This document shows, piece by piece, positions 1 to 13,249 of a stretch of DNA of 64,000 nt. The first letter of the stretch is position 1, and each line of letters begins with the position of its first letter. The notes under the pieces are model-generated. The model ran no database searches. It was given only the letters and a program-made list of their open reading frames with translations, and was not told the origin of the DNA. Where the stretch lies: NCBI GenBank assembly GCA_030264375.1, contig JASCQW010000119.1:6307612-6371611 (forward strand). The letters are read 5' to 3'. The position numbers and the translations under genes are program-made. The stretch is from Carcharhinus longimanus (taxonomy: Eukaryota).

Positions 1-545
1 TTAGGAGAGGGCCCAGCTAGAGTACTGTGTGCAGTTCTAATTGCCGCATTATCAGAAGGATATGATTGAACTGGAGGTATTGCAGAGGAGCTTCAACATG
101 GATGTTGCCTAGGATTGAACATTGTGTGATGAAGTTAGGTCAGGTAGGTTTGGGCTGTATTCATGGAAATGGAAAGGTCTGAGGGGCATCCTGATCGACT
201 GGTGCAATACAATGAGGGACATAGACAGAGTCGATAAGGAACCGCTGTTCCCCTTAGTTGAAGAGTCAGTCACAAGGGGATGTTGGGTTAAGTGAGGGCA
301 GGAGGTTTAGGGGAAATGTCAGGAAAACAACTTATACCAGAGCGTGGTGACGGTCTGCAATGCCTGTGAGTGTGGTAGTGGCTTTTTGCCTCACATCATT
401 TTAAATGTACTTGACACACCATTACATTTAGGGCTATGGGCCCAGTGCTGACAGATGAGTTTATGTGCGAGTTCAGGTGATGCTTATCTGTTTCTGCAAA
501 CTCGATGGGCTGAAGGGCCTCTTCTACACTGTATGATTTTCTGCT
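1..545 (+). mobile_element. CR1/HER1-type LINE, 3' end (decayed)
   Basis: Reads RPQLEYCVQF..HYQKDMIELE (ORF2 C-terminus), followed by the typical 3' tail gatgggctgaagggcct...ctgtatgatt. Confidence 0.8.
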
Positions 546-559
546 TCAATGCCAAACAA

Positions 560-1210
560 TTAGCGTTGCCAATGTGACCCCATTATGAACACAGTGAATG
601 CCAACATTGCTGAGAAAGAAGAATTGACATGGAGTGGCCATATCAAAGCTATTGCTGCAAGAGCAGGTCACATACTTTGGCAGGTGATTCACGTTTTGGC
701 ATTTGGAATTCCATCTGCAAGGCACGAATTAGGAGCCTGTATATTATGTTCCACTTACTTCCAATAGTTGCAGCATCTATATTAGAATAAAAGAAGCTTG
801 AAAACGTGCCAGACAAAGCCAGCCACTTCTTTGCACCCCATTCAATAAGTTCATCAGTCAGTCCTCTCACCAATTTTAAACACAAGGCGCAGCACCTGCA
901 TGAAGCATCTGGCAACATACTCATGCTCCTTCGACAGCAGCCTCCAAATCCGACAGACACAAAGCAATACCCGCACTTGAACTCGCAAACTCCGCCCAAA
1001 ACTCCAATCAACACAGGACCCTTAGTTGAAATTTCAAAGCCGCTTCTCCACCATTGCTACAATCTCCCTCCCTAACAGTCCTGTGGGTGTACTGTTACCA
1101 CGATGATTGCAAAGGTTTAAGCAAACACTTGCCAACCCTTCTTATAGGGCAGGTATGGATAACAAATTTTGGATGAGTCAACAATGTCCGCAACCTGCGA
1201 AATAATAAAA
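560..1210 (+). mobile_element. CR1/L2-group LINE (second family), 3' end fragment
   Basis: LTWSGHIKAIAARAG and KKLENVPDKA-like post-RT motifs with stops, ending in an A-rich tail near 1200. Confidence 0.6.
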
Positions 1211-2169
1211 CAGTTTTGTTGTGGTAATCAGAAATATATGGTGCATTTAAGCAAGTTACTGCAATAATTATGATCAATTAATACACATGCAGATTGGAAA
1301 GGTCAGATAGGGAAAGGTGGATTGGATATTTAGTTACACATACATAGTTGAGACGATTTCTTATAGCACAGTTTCTAATGCAATCGAGAGAGCAGGTTGA
1401 TCTACACTTGGTAATGCAAAGGGAGACACGATTGATCAAGACCTTCAGAGCAAAGATGTGTCCGCGTGAAAGAATCATAATGTGATAGAATTTTGCGTTC
1501 AGTTTTTATCTGAGAAACGTGGTATTGAGTCTTGTCTTTTAACCCAAAATAAAGACAATTATTAACGTGTCAAGGCACAGTAGGTTAATGCCGGACTGGA
1601 AACTGGCTGAAATCTTAGGACACTAGGGATGCAGTAGAAAACCGTTGAGAAAACATTCAATAATTCTCAGGAAAGATCTTTCCAGTGAGAAAGAAAGACA
1701 ACCGGAGGCAATGGAGGTGCACAGTAAATTTATCATTTGGTGTGTTGATGGGAGGTGTTGGAGGCAGCCAAAGTAATACCGGATTTCAACGTCGTATACT
1801 CTGAAATTTCGAATGTTAGTCAGTGGTTTGATCGACATTGTCAAGATATTCAGGAGTATTGACTGAATTTAAAATATTGATTGTTTTGTTGGAGGCATAG
1901 CCAAAGGGATTTCGACATTCATTAATTCAATAAGGACATTCAATAATAAGATTTAAATAATTTGCATGCAGACTTAAAGTTTCATTCCCCAGATTCTTTT
2001 AAGTTTTCTCGCTTCCTGAATCTTTTCCCATTTTTCCAGGAAGTGGAAGTGTGCATTCTTCCAATCAGGTTTCTGCCCCAGTACGTTACTAAAACGAGAC
2101 TTATCAAAGTGTCAAGTTAAATCACGAAGGCCTGTTACAAAGCAAAAGCTATTATTCAATGTTCATGTT

Positions 2170-3595
2170 GTCCCGCATATTGTCTGTGGTACAGACTAAT
2201 CACGCAACAGCCTGACATAGTCATTCTCACGGAATCATACCTTACAGATAATACCCGAGACACCACCATTGCCATCTCTAGGTATGTGCTGTCCCAATGG
2301 CAGAACAGACCAAACAAAGGCAGTGACACAATAGTATTCAGTCGGGAGGGTGTTGCCCTCGGATTCCTTAACATCGACTCTGAGCCCTATGAAGTCTCAT
2401 GGTTCCAGGTAAAATATGGGTAAGGAGACCTCTTACTGGTTAGCATGTGCCATCCTCCTTCAGCTGATGAATCAGCACTACTGCGTCTTGAACAATACTT
2501 GGAGGAAGCACCGAGGGTGGCATGGGCACAAAATGTACTCTGGGTGGAGGATTTAAAGGTCCACGCCAAGAGTGGCTGGGCAACAACACTACTGATTGAG
2601 CTGGTCGGGTCCAAAAGGATATAACTGATAGACTAAGTCTGTAGCAGGTGATGAAGGAACCAACAAGAGGAAAACATCTGCCGATGGCAGATGCATCTGT
2701 CCATTGCCGCATTGGTGAAAGCGACCACTGCACAGTTCTTGCAGAGGCAATATTTCACCTTCACGCTGAGAATAACCTCTGTCGTGTTGGGTGGCACTAT
2801 CACTATGATAAATGGGGCAGATATCCAACTGATCTAGCAGATCAAGACTAGGCATCCATAAGGCATTGCGGGTTATCGTCAGCAGCAGATTTGTACCCCA
2901 GCACAATGTGCAAACTTATGGCACCACATATCCCTCACTCAACCATTACCATCAAGCCAAGAGGTCAACACTAGTTCAACGGAGAGTTCAGGAGTCAGGG
3001 GCATGCCAGGGGCAGAACCAGGCATAATGAAAAATGATGTGTCAACCTGGTGAAGCTACCAAACAGGACTACTTTCATGCTAAACGGCAAAAACAGCAAG
3101 TGGCAGACAACACTAAGCGATCCCACAACCAACGGATCAGACCCAAGATCAGCAGCCCTTCAACACCTATTGTGATTGGTGATGGACAATTAAACAACTC
3201 ACTGCAGGAAGAGGCTTCACAAATACCCCCAACCTCAACGATGGAGGAATCCAACACATCAGTTCAAATGATAAGACTGAAGTATTCTCATCAACTTTCA
3301 GCCAGGAATGCCACGTGGATGATCCATCTCGGCCTCCTCCAGTGGTCGCCCCCATCTCAGGTGCCAGTCTCCAGCCAATTCGATTATTTCCACGTGATAT
3401 CAAGAACTGGTTGGCGGTGTTGGATACCACAGAGGCAAGGGGCCCTGATAAAACACCGGCAACTTGCTGCTTCCCTAGACAAGCTCTTCCAACACAGTTA
3501 CAACATTGGCATCTACCCAAAAATGTGAAACATTGCCCAGGCATGTTCTGTACACAATAAAGTAGGACAAATCCAACCCAGCTAATTACCTCCAA
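2170..3595 (+). mobile_element. CR1/L2-group LINE ORF2 relic (APE endonuclease to start of RT)
   Basis: QQPDIVILTESYL..., NVLWVED..., GESDHCTV (APE motifs) and DKSNPANY (pre-RT motif), with stops and frameshifts. Confidence 0.8.
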
Positions 3596-3959
3596 CTGTT
3601 CTTTCTTTATATTAATGTTTTGGAAGAGGGTACAGAAAGTATCTGATTTAGTTAGAAGACGGGAGTAATTGATGAGACAACAGATAATTGATCGGTTTTG
3701 AATTATATGCGTCACACTACATTGGAGAAGTCCTGCCGCTCTAACTCACAGCTGCCTTGACCTTTTGATGTTTTCTCTATTGGCAGCTGGTCTAAAAAAG
3801 TTACATCTTTAAACTGAGACACTGACTTCGTGAATCTTGTATTGTGTGAATTTCTGACGGTACCGGTCATCTCAGAAACACCACCAGATCTGTGGGAAGT
3901 GCTGCTAGGCCAACAAGCACTGCTGGTAACATGGCTATGGTTAGGGCTGTGAACGTTGC

Positions 3960-4230
3960 GAGTTGAGGACAAGTGTGTTCTTACTATTGCAGCTTTGGGG
4001 AGGTCGTTAATTTTCTTCCTACATTGCATTGTTTTCCTTCTAGGTAACCTGTTGCTGCTGAAAGCATTCTCCTCTGAGCATTCTGCCGTGATATTTTCAG
4101 ATAGTCTATTGCATACACTGGGAAAGAGGGTGGCTCTTGTCACATTGATTGCGTCCAACATCCGGCGCAGCTCCATTTCGAAGGAGCGTGGGACTGACCT
4201 CCTCCGGTTTTTATTTTCTATACCTTTCAT
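3960..4230 (-). mobile_element. Harbinger-associated Myb/SANT-like protein relic
   Basis: VPRSFEMELRRMLDAIN...TLFP...RRKTMQCRKKINDL matches the MSANTD/NAIF1-like pattern PRF..EL..LLD...LFP...QCRKK.NDL. Confidence 0.6.
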
Positions 4231-4429
4231 GTTTTTTTTTAAAGACTGGATATGTTTTGAATGTCACCATCCCCTTAGAGGAACCTGTTGACTATGAAGT
4301 TTTACTATTTCACTTTTAAATAACTTCCGCTTTTTAAATACATTTAACTGCAAGTGGTTGCTTGCAATTTGTGTTTGCGAAGTCCTGTCTATTGATGTTG
4401 AAATCGGGCTGCCCCCAATTTAGGCATTT

Positions 4430-4960
4430 GGTTTTGGAATATCGTTTCCAGTTCTATGATAACTTTGCAGATTTATGGTTACTATTCGTAAACTGATTAG
4501 CCGCGACCACTTCAAAACTTGCCTTGAATCACTTCCTTGCATTAGGTCAAGTACTGCCTCATCCCAAGGAGGACAACTTACGCAGGGACACAAATGGCTC
4601 TCCTTTAAAAAAAATCCAAATCTATCGCACAAAGGGGATTCCAGTTAAGGTGATGAAGTTTACCTACAAGACCACGACAACCCTATTCCCCTCATGCTTC
4701 TCTTTCCCGTACATAGCCGTTCGTCAATCTCCTTCCGACTGTCGTGAGGCCTGTCCAATAAACACAGCTGAGACACAATTCTTTTTATTACTACACTCCA
4801 CTCATTTAGCCTCGTGTGAAGAGCTGTCTAAGACGCTGTCCCTCATTCCACAGCAATAATCTCCTTTTTCGATAACACAATGCCTCCTCCTCTCTCATAT
4901 CGCAGTCTCCACCCCTGCCACATCAAGACACAACCTTTATCTTCTCCGGTGATGCGTTTA
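4430..4960 (-). mobile_element. CR1 LINE APE-domain fragment
   Basis: Reverse strand gives RGGGIVL, RVVVV and EAVLDL..G motifs of the CR1 endonuclease, degraded. Confidence 0.6.
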
Positions 4961-5119
4961 TCTTTTTTCTTATTCTGCTGATTTTCGTTTTTTGGATTGT
5001 GCATGTACTAGGCTGAAGATTGTTATGAAAATAACATTATTTTTGTGATCCAAGATCGCAGTCAGAAACTTTTTAGTCGAATAATTCAACTATGGATGCA
5101 ATTTATATGTACCTAAGTA

Positions 5120-5710
5120 ATACTTTGGCAAGGCCGCACCTGCCATACTAGTAGATAATCTAAAATCACTCGGAATTCGTGGTGGGTTGGCGAGATGAAT
5201 GCAGAACTGGTTTGGTCATGGATGACAACGAGCTCTCGTGGAAGGATGTTTTTGAGATTAGAGATCTGTAGCTAGTGGTGTGTTACAGTGATTAGTGCTG
5301 GAATATCAGTTGCTTGTACTATATATAAATGATCTGGAGGGAAATGTGTGGTCTGATTAGTAAGTTTATGTATGATACGAAGATTGGTGGAGTTACTGAT
5401 AAGCCCTAAGATTCTCAGAGAACACAAGAGGATACAGATAGATTGGAGAATTGGACACAGGAACGGCAGGTCGAGTTTAACAGGGACAATTGCGAAATGA
5501 TGCATTTTGGGGGATTAAATTTAGGTGTGAATTATTTTGTAAACATGTAAATGGCAGAACCTTTAGCAACATAAATACACAGAGGGTTCTGTGCGTGCAG
5601 GTCACATTTCCCTGAAGGTAGAAATATCTGTGACCAAGTCCATTAAGAAGACGCATGCCACACTTGCCGTCATCAGCCAGAACATTTAGAAACTCATGTT
5701 GCAGCTATAT
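5120..5710 (+). mobile_element. CR1 LINE reverse-transcriptase fragment
   Basis: SGVLQ*LVL..LYIND..ISKFMYDTKIGG (decayed SGVPQGSVL/FADD), then CEMMHFG. Confidence 0.75.
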
Positions 5711-5744
5711 GAATGCCAAGATCATCATGCCAAGATCATCTGCA

Positions 5745-7200
5745 ATCCTTATAAGATTGAAGTTTCCACTGCATCCAGCCATCCTGACAGTCATTCACCC
5801 GTGGTAGACAGTGGCGGTTGTTTAAATTTCCCCTCCTATATTCCGATGTGAGCAGCCAGATTGATTATGTTTTCTGAACTATCTGGTATGTAGAGGAACA
5901 GCCTGCCTCAATCACTGCACACGTCCCATCGCTTTTTGCCAAGACATAATTCAATGCCAAACTGATGCTGAAGCAACACAGGGCGCATGACAGTGATCTC
6001 ATTTTTTTTTGCAGCTATGTTAGTGGCTGTGTCATTGTTAGCTTGTTCAAAAAAAAATTGCGCAATGTTATAACCTCTCGCAATGCCTTAGCTATTCCAC
6101 TGCAGTATGCCAAAGAATTATTCTGCTTCTGAAATTGCTCGTCGATGTCTTAGCAAGGGAAGGAGTTTGTGGGTGTGACATATGCATAGCCGCACACACC
6201 CAAGGGAACACGGCCCTTTCCGTTCAATTGAGAGCCAAGGATATGCTTTGGCTCTGCAGATGGAATAATTCAATTGAATTTTGGGTACGTGTTGCTTAGT
6301 AATAGGATATCTTAGATGACTGGTCACTTTTGGGCGGATTTAGGTTGATCGGCTGTTCTGACCCATTTGGTAGTTGCAATCACCTACCGCTAAATTCTTC
6401 CCAGGGCCTTTCCGAGATTTTGCATACAGTAAGTCCCTTTTGATTTCGGGTTTGCTGTTCCAAAATCAGATTGGGAGCTTACTTTTTTTTGGTTTATATA
6501 CGGGTTTGTTCCATCTCATGTAACCTATCTTCCCTGCACAGTACCTACTGGTATGGCACTTTCTGCACATATCTGTGTTGTCAAATGCTGGTATATAGTG
6601 TCCAGGATGTCTAGTCTTCTGAACTATCTGATCTGTCATTATTAACTCTAGCCATGTCAGCAGTGTTGGCTTTAAAGGCATTCCTCTTCCCGCATGGATG
6701 GGAATATGTGAACAAAACCAACACTTTGGTTAGTCATCGCTGCATATGTATATGCCACATATAGATGTGTTCACACGTACTTCTCCAAATCAATGAAACA
6801 TCCCAGATATTGATTCTACTTCAGTCAACTTCTGTACATTCAATACTAAAAGAATAACGAAAGATGCAGTCATTATAACACAACTTTTGTCTTACAATTG
6901 GATGCAATTGTTGGACAATGTCAAGGCGTAATGGTAAAACGTATTTACAAAACGCTCTGGACTTGACTTGCTTCTGCATTGGGGGCTGTCTGGTTGATCT
7001 TGTTTGGAGCTGCGCCGTGATTGTAGTTGTCATTTTAGAGCTCCCTGTATCTTTGCTAGCATATAATTTGCAATAAAACCCAGAATGCTTTGTGGCTTTA
7101 TAATTAATAACAAAAAAACCTTGATCTAATCAGACTCTCTCTACTTCACTTATAATAATAAGTCATGATGTGTAGACAATAATAATAAGTCATCCAGTCA
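5745..7200 (-). pseudogene. env: Endogenous retrovirus env relic (gamma-type TM)
   Basis: CRAKAYPWL..KGPCSLG, furin site RHRR (6139-6150), heptad region, immunosuppressive-domain-like LLQHQ/LALNYVLAKSDGTCAVIEAGC followed by YIPDSSENI (about 5870-5990). Stops and frameshifts present. Confidence 0.8.
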
Positions 7201-7239
7201 TTGTGTCAGGTTCGCTGTTTGGAGGTTTCCCACTGGGAT

Positions 7240-9900
7240 AATATTTTAACTGAGTCCAGTGTCTGCACTTATCAATCAGGGTGATTGTTTGCCTTGTAAT
7301 CATCACATCAAAAGGTGCTTCCCAGTAGCATGAGAATCCCTTTTTTGTCAGTCATGAGTTTCATCATTGTCTTATCTCCTGCGGTGGGCAGTTTAGGCGC
7401 ACTGTTTCCTGTCAGTTTATTCTAATCTCTCAGCTGCTGTTGCACGAATACATTTTTTTTTTGAAAAAATGCATACGGTCTCTTATAACTCTCAGACAAG
7501 GTATGAGAAACGTTGTTTTATTCCCCACATTCGACAGACCACTTTCAAAACTCTACCTGTGAAATGGGTAGCCTGATGTGAATGTAACTGAAGAGGCATT
7601 CCCCACCTGCGAATTAGCTCATTTGCTAATGTCAAAGCTATTGTTTTGGCGGTTGCATCTTTACATTGGAATGCTTCAACCTATCGAGTAAACTGGAATG
7701 CAGGCTACGATTCTCCCAAAAGTGCTGAATTGGCAGGGAAACTGTTCCAAAACTGACTGTTTTGTCAGTTCAGTTTCTCACCCAAATCTCTCTACTCGAT
7801 GCACTGCAGAGTTCCCAATCGTGTATCATTAAAAAACTCAAGGGTTTGGGGTCTGTTTGCACGGAGTCTGGCAGTTCTTGAACACTGCACATGCCCAGTG
7901 GCTCCGATCTGTCAGATTCCGCGTTTGCTGGCTAGCTTAATGGCTGGCTAGCCTGCGACCCCCGCAATGCTCCCCCTCCAGACCCCTCCCCAGGCCCCAT
8001 CGCGGGCCCCCCCACAAATCCCGGCGCGCCCNNNNNNNNNNNNNNNNNNNNNNCCCCCCGGCCCCCAGCAGTGGCAATCCCCGCATTCCCCTCTACCCGG
8101 CAGAACACCCCCCCCCCCATCTCCCCCGGGGTCAGACCCCACCCCAACCCCCGGTGGCAGGCCCACTCGACAGACCACACACTCACCAGGCCACGCTGCC
8201 CTTGCTCCATCCCTGATCAAACGCTATGCAGACTGGCAGGAGGAAACCCCATCCCCACCAATTGCCCCTACACCCATTTCAGGGTAGGCCCTCCCCCGTT
8301 GGCACTGTCCCATGCCCGCTGGGCAGTGCCAAGGTGCCCTTCGGGCAACGCAGGAGGCATAGGCCGGCACTGCCAGTCTGCCCATGCCGAGGCGTGGTCT
8401 GTCCAGCGAGGTCTGTCCGACGACTTTTTGCAGGCATTGGAAATCCGGGAACAAGGCGCATCGCGCATCTTCCACCACGACTCAGCAGAAAATTTGTGAG
8501 TCGGGATGAGAGAATCGCGGCCACACTTATTAAACATTACGTTTTTCCCTGCACCCGTGGTAAAGGCCCTGTGAAATCCATTTGTAAATTTTCCCACGGC
8601 CCTAGGTGACGTAGCCGACATCCCACTTTTATCTTGCAGGCGCGACCAAGTTCCACGACGGCACACTGCAAGTCCGTCTGACAAAACTTTGCTATATCTG
8701 CACCCCCGCACCGCCCCCCCCCCCACGCCCATCTCTTTCCATCACAAGGTTTCTTCAATAAATCAACTATTCTGTCTCTGGCTGTGTGTGGTATTCCGAG
8801 ATAAATCTTCAAGAGCGAGTGCTGTGAACTTTAGGAGACATTATTTTCCCCGAACTCCTCCATATTCTATTATGACCTTTCCATCCTCCATCTTTTTTCC
8901 ATTGTTCCTTTTCCTTTTCATTTGCTTCTTCCTGCACTTATTTTGCATTAATATTTGGGGTCCCTCAACTGCTACAGCTGCTAATCATACAGGCTGTGAG
9001 CTCTCCTAATTTTGTTCACTAAGGTCTTTGTTACCTTGTCGGCTAAATCATTCCCTGGCTGTACTTTGCCCTGAATTTTCTTGTCAGCTGGGACTTTTAT
9101 TGCTGCTGCCCCCAAAGTAACTTGGAATAACTCTTTGGACAACGTTTCGATCTGCTTGTGACCCCCCTCACTTGATGTCACAAAAACACATCTGCCCCAA
9201 GCTGCCATTAAATCATGCACAATTCCCCAAAAAACATTACTACTGTCTGTAAAATCGATGACTCTTTTTTTCCTTTTCTCCACTCCGAAGCTGGAGTTAA
9301 AGCTACCAAGTCTGCTGTGTGCTGAATTAGTTCCTGGGATCTGCTCCCCCGAAATCACCTCTCCCTCTTTATTCACCACGGCGATGCTATATGCGTTCAC
9401 ATTAAGCCCTTTCAATCTGCCCGCTTCTAGGAGCTGGACAATAGCATTCGGCTTTGGAGAATTATTTTCCTCAGCAATGGAAGGGTCTCCGAAGCACTGA
9501 TCGCCGACCTGGCGCAAGCTAGCACACTCAGGCATTGTTGCATTCCTCTGGCAACTGAATTTCAGAAGTAATACTACACTGGTCTTAATCTGCCCCCATA
9601 CCGCTGAGCTGCCTGGATTCCATCATTTTCCTCACAGAATGTGTGGAACGGTTTGATGAGATCAGGCAATCCCAGTGCTGAGCCTCTCATAGCTTGTTTT
9701 AAATATGAAAGGGCCAATATTTCTGTCCCTTTCCACTCTATCTTTTCTCGATTTGCTCTCTCCCCCTTTATCACACCCTATAAGGGCTTTGCTGCTTGGG
9801 AGAAATCCTCCACAAAATCCCTACAATAGCTGAAGAGATTCCAATACTTGTCTTACCGCTTTTCTGGTGAGAGGCCTTGAGACACAAAGGATAACCTATT
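7240..9900 (-). pseudogene. pol: Endogenous retrovirus pol relic (RT thumb/connection, RNase H, integrase)
   Basis: TRKAVRQVLG..SYCR..AKPL; ALGLPDLIKPF; FTDS..GIVHD..IKVPA..GNDLADK; PWENLQMDFTGPLP; QFTR*VEAF..RWGMPLQL; WEAPFDV (GPY/F-like). Interrupted at 7703-8522. Confidence 0.85.
7703..8522. mobile_element. Non-autonomous DNA transposon (Harbinger-type MITE) inside the ERV integrase
   Basis: Imperfect TIRs ggctacgattctc (7703) / gagaatcgcggcc (to 8522). The integrase reading frame resumes across it, and there is a possible 3-bp TSD (gca/aca). Confidence 0.7.
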
Positions 9901-10899
9901 TCTTTAACTGAATTCTATAGCATTAGAACATCTTTGAAAAAAGGAATCACACCTTTCAATTCGATTTCAGGCAATAGCTTTTTTATTGTTCATTCTTTCT
10001 CTTATATAGCATCATTTTATTAAAGTAGTTTGCTTACTAAACATTTTCTTATGTCAGAATAATCCCAAACTTAGAAACCAGTGTTGGTGATTTTCAAATG
10101 TACATTAGTGTCTATCTGACCTCTTTTTCTAAAAAAAAATCTTTGTTCCTTCGTTCATCGCTACCACCTGAACTGTCGTTTACTTTTTTAGATTGTCTTC
10201 AAAAATCTATTTTCTCGTATCACCATTGTTGTTCCCTGTATTCATCAAATGAACCCCACGTTTAATTTTATACTACTCCTGTCCTACCAGGTCGTCTATA
10301 ACGTCTCCTTCATTACTCTATTCACTTCCTGTATCTCATCGATATCTCGCAAACCTGCTCCTTTCCTTGAATGCTCATTTATTGGACTCAATTATTTCCC
10401 TCATCTCCAACTATAATAATCTGTAAATGTAATGGTATTAAGACTTTGACACTTACTAACAATCTCTGCAGTATAGGCTTAACGTTTGGATGTTTAATTA
10501 TTTCTGCAACTCTCCTTCCAGTTTCCGAACCACATAAAATCAAATCAACTGTTTCCAAAAATAGTTAACTCTACTTGCAACTTTACGGATGTAATGTAAA
10601 GTAATTTCCAAATTGACGCAGTTCTTAAATTTACTTTTCCAAATGGCAGAGCTCAAATCTCTGTCAAATTGTTATTCTTTCTATTGAAAATTGTCATGGG
10701 CACCGACTATTTCCCAGATCAAAAAAAATTAAGAGTTAATATTTTAAGAATACATATACATTCTAATCTCTTTGATCTTAACTCTGCAACATTCTCACAA
10801 TTGTAAAATTCCAACTAGGGGTAAATAATTTATTGAACTTACACAAATAAGCACCAGTATAATTTTTCGTCCAACCTATTATTACATTTCAGACAAGAT

Positions 10900-11750
10900 T
10901 GTATTTTCTATCATACCCTAGTCTACCACAAGATGGCGTCCAACCCGTCTAATCTCACTCCGTAAACAAACAGGTTGTCTGCATTTCTCTCTCTCTCTCT
11001 CTCTCTCTTTATTAACTCCTTGCATCCCGCTCTNNNNNNNNNNNNNNNNNNNNNNNNNNNNNNNNNNNNNNNNNNNNNNNNNNNNNNNNNNNNNNNNNNN
11101 NNNNNNNNNNNNNNNNNNNNNNNNNNNNNNNNNTGCTTTCTTCTTTAATCCCTCGCTTCCCTCGCTTGTCTCTCTCTCTCTCTCTCTCCCTGACAAGTCT
11201 CCCACAGGTTCTCGTACCTTGGGACCTCTCCCTGTCGCCTCCCACACGTGGCTTCGTCCCCTATTCTCCCGAATCCGTGAAAGTTGGTTACAACCGCCAG
11301 GGCCAGCCGTCTTTGTTTGGACGGTCGAGTCCATTGATGCTAGCCTGCTGCACAACTTTTCGCTCTGCTGCATGGGGGAATCAAAGCTCCTGTCCCCTTC
11401 CCCTAAATTTAAGCATAGCTTCTCTTCAAATGTCCTTTCTGTCCGTTTGGCCCCAATTTTATTACTCTGCTGCTTAGGTGGGATTCGAGAGTCCATCCTC
11501 TGCTCTCTACATTAAACAGGGATTATGTACATGCAAACTGTTTTTGCAACTCTTCCCCAGTCCAAGATATTCAACTTGCTGCTTCTGACTGCCAAAGATG
11601 TGTAAGCCCCTGTCTTCTGCGGCTATTTTAAAGAAATTCACTCACTCACATTTTAGAAATAGGCCTCTCCTCTGGACACCGGTGTGTGTCCTTAACACCA
11701 GCGCCAAATCTTAAGAGCAATTTTCCAGGATATCCCACTGGGGATTCTAG
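10900..11750 (-). pseudogene. Probable gag/leader relic of the same ERV
   Basis: Lies upstream of pol on the same strand, with weak matrix-like motifs (CPEERP, LTHLWQSEAAS). No unambiguous capsid motif was seen. Confidence 0.35.
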
Positions 11751-13249
11751 TATTCAACTGAAACCGACCAACACAGAAACCACGAAAGACAGCATACAGT
11801 TACAGAACAAAAATATGTTTATTGCTAATGCATCCAACAGGAGAGAAAAAAAAAGTCAGCAAGCATCAGGGGATTGTCAATGTACCTTCATTGCAGTGTT
11901 AGTATAAGCCGACGCGTGGCAAACAAATAATTTTTAACTTTAACTTGAAGTAATCTTTCAGGTTTAACAGTACACGTGTCAGATTGATATACTCTTCTGA
12001 ACGCTTCTATTTCCCCCTCCAGCTTATCATCCAAACTGGAGGTTCCAATTGCAATATTGTGCATTATCGTATGAGCCAATAACTCTTTACCTATCAATTG
12101 GATGAGGGCTCATTATTCTATTGAACCTGAAAGTTCTTCCCTCGTTATTGGAAACATAACTATGCAAACCACGTAGATTCGAGGTCATTGCTACGACTGG
12201 CAAATTTTAATTGACAAGATGAGTCGATGCCCTCGTTTCAATTTTATGGGGATTTTATGCCCTTTTATATTACTCTCCTTGCGGCTCCTTCCCATGGAGA
12301 AGCACAACGACCTCGGGAACACGAGGAGAAGGACTCCAGACCGGGGCCCTTCAGTTAGAAAACCCTGGTTGTCTCCAGCCCACCTGACACTCCACTCCCT
12401 CTGAGCAGAAATCGTCTGGACGCTGACACCAAGGACGGAAGCAGTTACCCTTCTATACTGCGCGAAAGAATCAGTGGGCAGAACGTTCCAGGCATGAGAC
12501 GGTGCCCAAGGAGGTCATTTCAGGCCAAAGAGTTTGGAAACAGTACCCTCTACTTCAGTTGTAGATATTGAGGAAGCAGCTACCTGTAGTTGAAAGGTCA
12601 CAGAAATTAAACAAAACACACAAGTTGCTCATTGGGAAAGGGCGAATATTGGCACTCGTGTTGACAGGTCGCCGTTTTTTTAATGTTTGGCAGTAAATTT
12701 CACTTCCTTCTTCTATAGATCCTCTAGTCTGTCTGTTCATGGCAATCACTTTCGGACAACAACTAAAGTCTTCAGACGCCTCATCCTGTGGAATTTTGCA
12801 ATGTCAGTGCTATGCCCTCTAACCTCGATTCTAGTCCTCATCATGTAGGGAATTCCCTCATCTGTGATATGGATAGGAATCCAGGAAGGAGGTGTGACCT
12901 ATTTGCTAGACTTCGCAACTGCTTCAAAAATGGACGCCCCGAATAGTGTCAATGCTCAGGCCTGCAAGTGATTTTTCCCAGTCCTACTCCCCGAAATGGC
13001 GATTTTGGACCACATCGGCCTGAGTTGAACTTAGCTTTGTCCCAGAGGCCCTCCCCGTGCCCACTGAGTAGAGCACACTGTGGAAGTTGATGCCTGCCTG
13101 ATGTCTCACCTCCGAATGTACATCTGTCTTGAATGACTTTGGCAATACGTAACACTTACATTCGCTGAAGTTCTGGTGAGGGCGAAGACCGACCAGGGCA
13201 GAGTGTTACCTAGGGAACTGATTATGTATCAAAGAGAAGCTTCCTGAGC

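Noticed and set aside
12400-12435. Possible tRNA primer-binding site (gctgacacca) for the ERV
   Set aside because: The match is too short and no adjoining LTR could be paired with a 3' copy.
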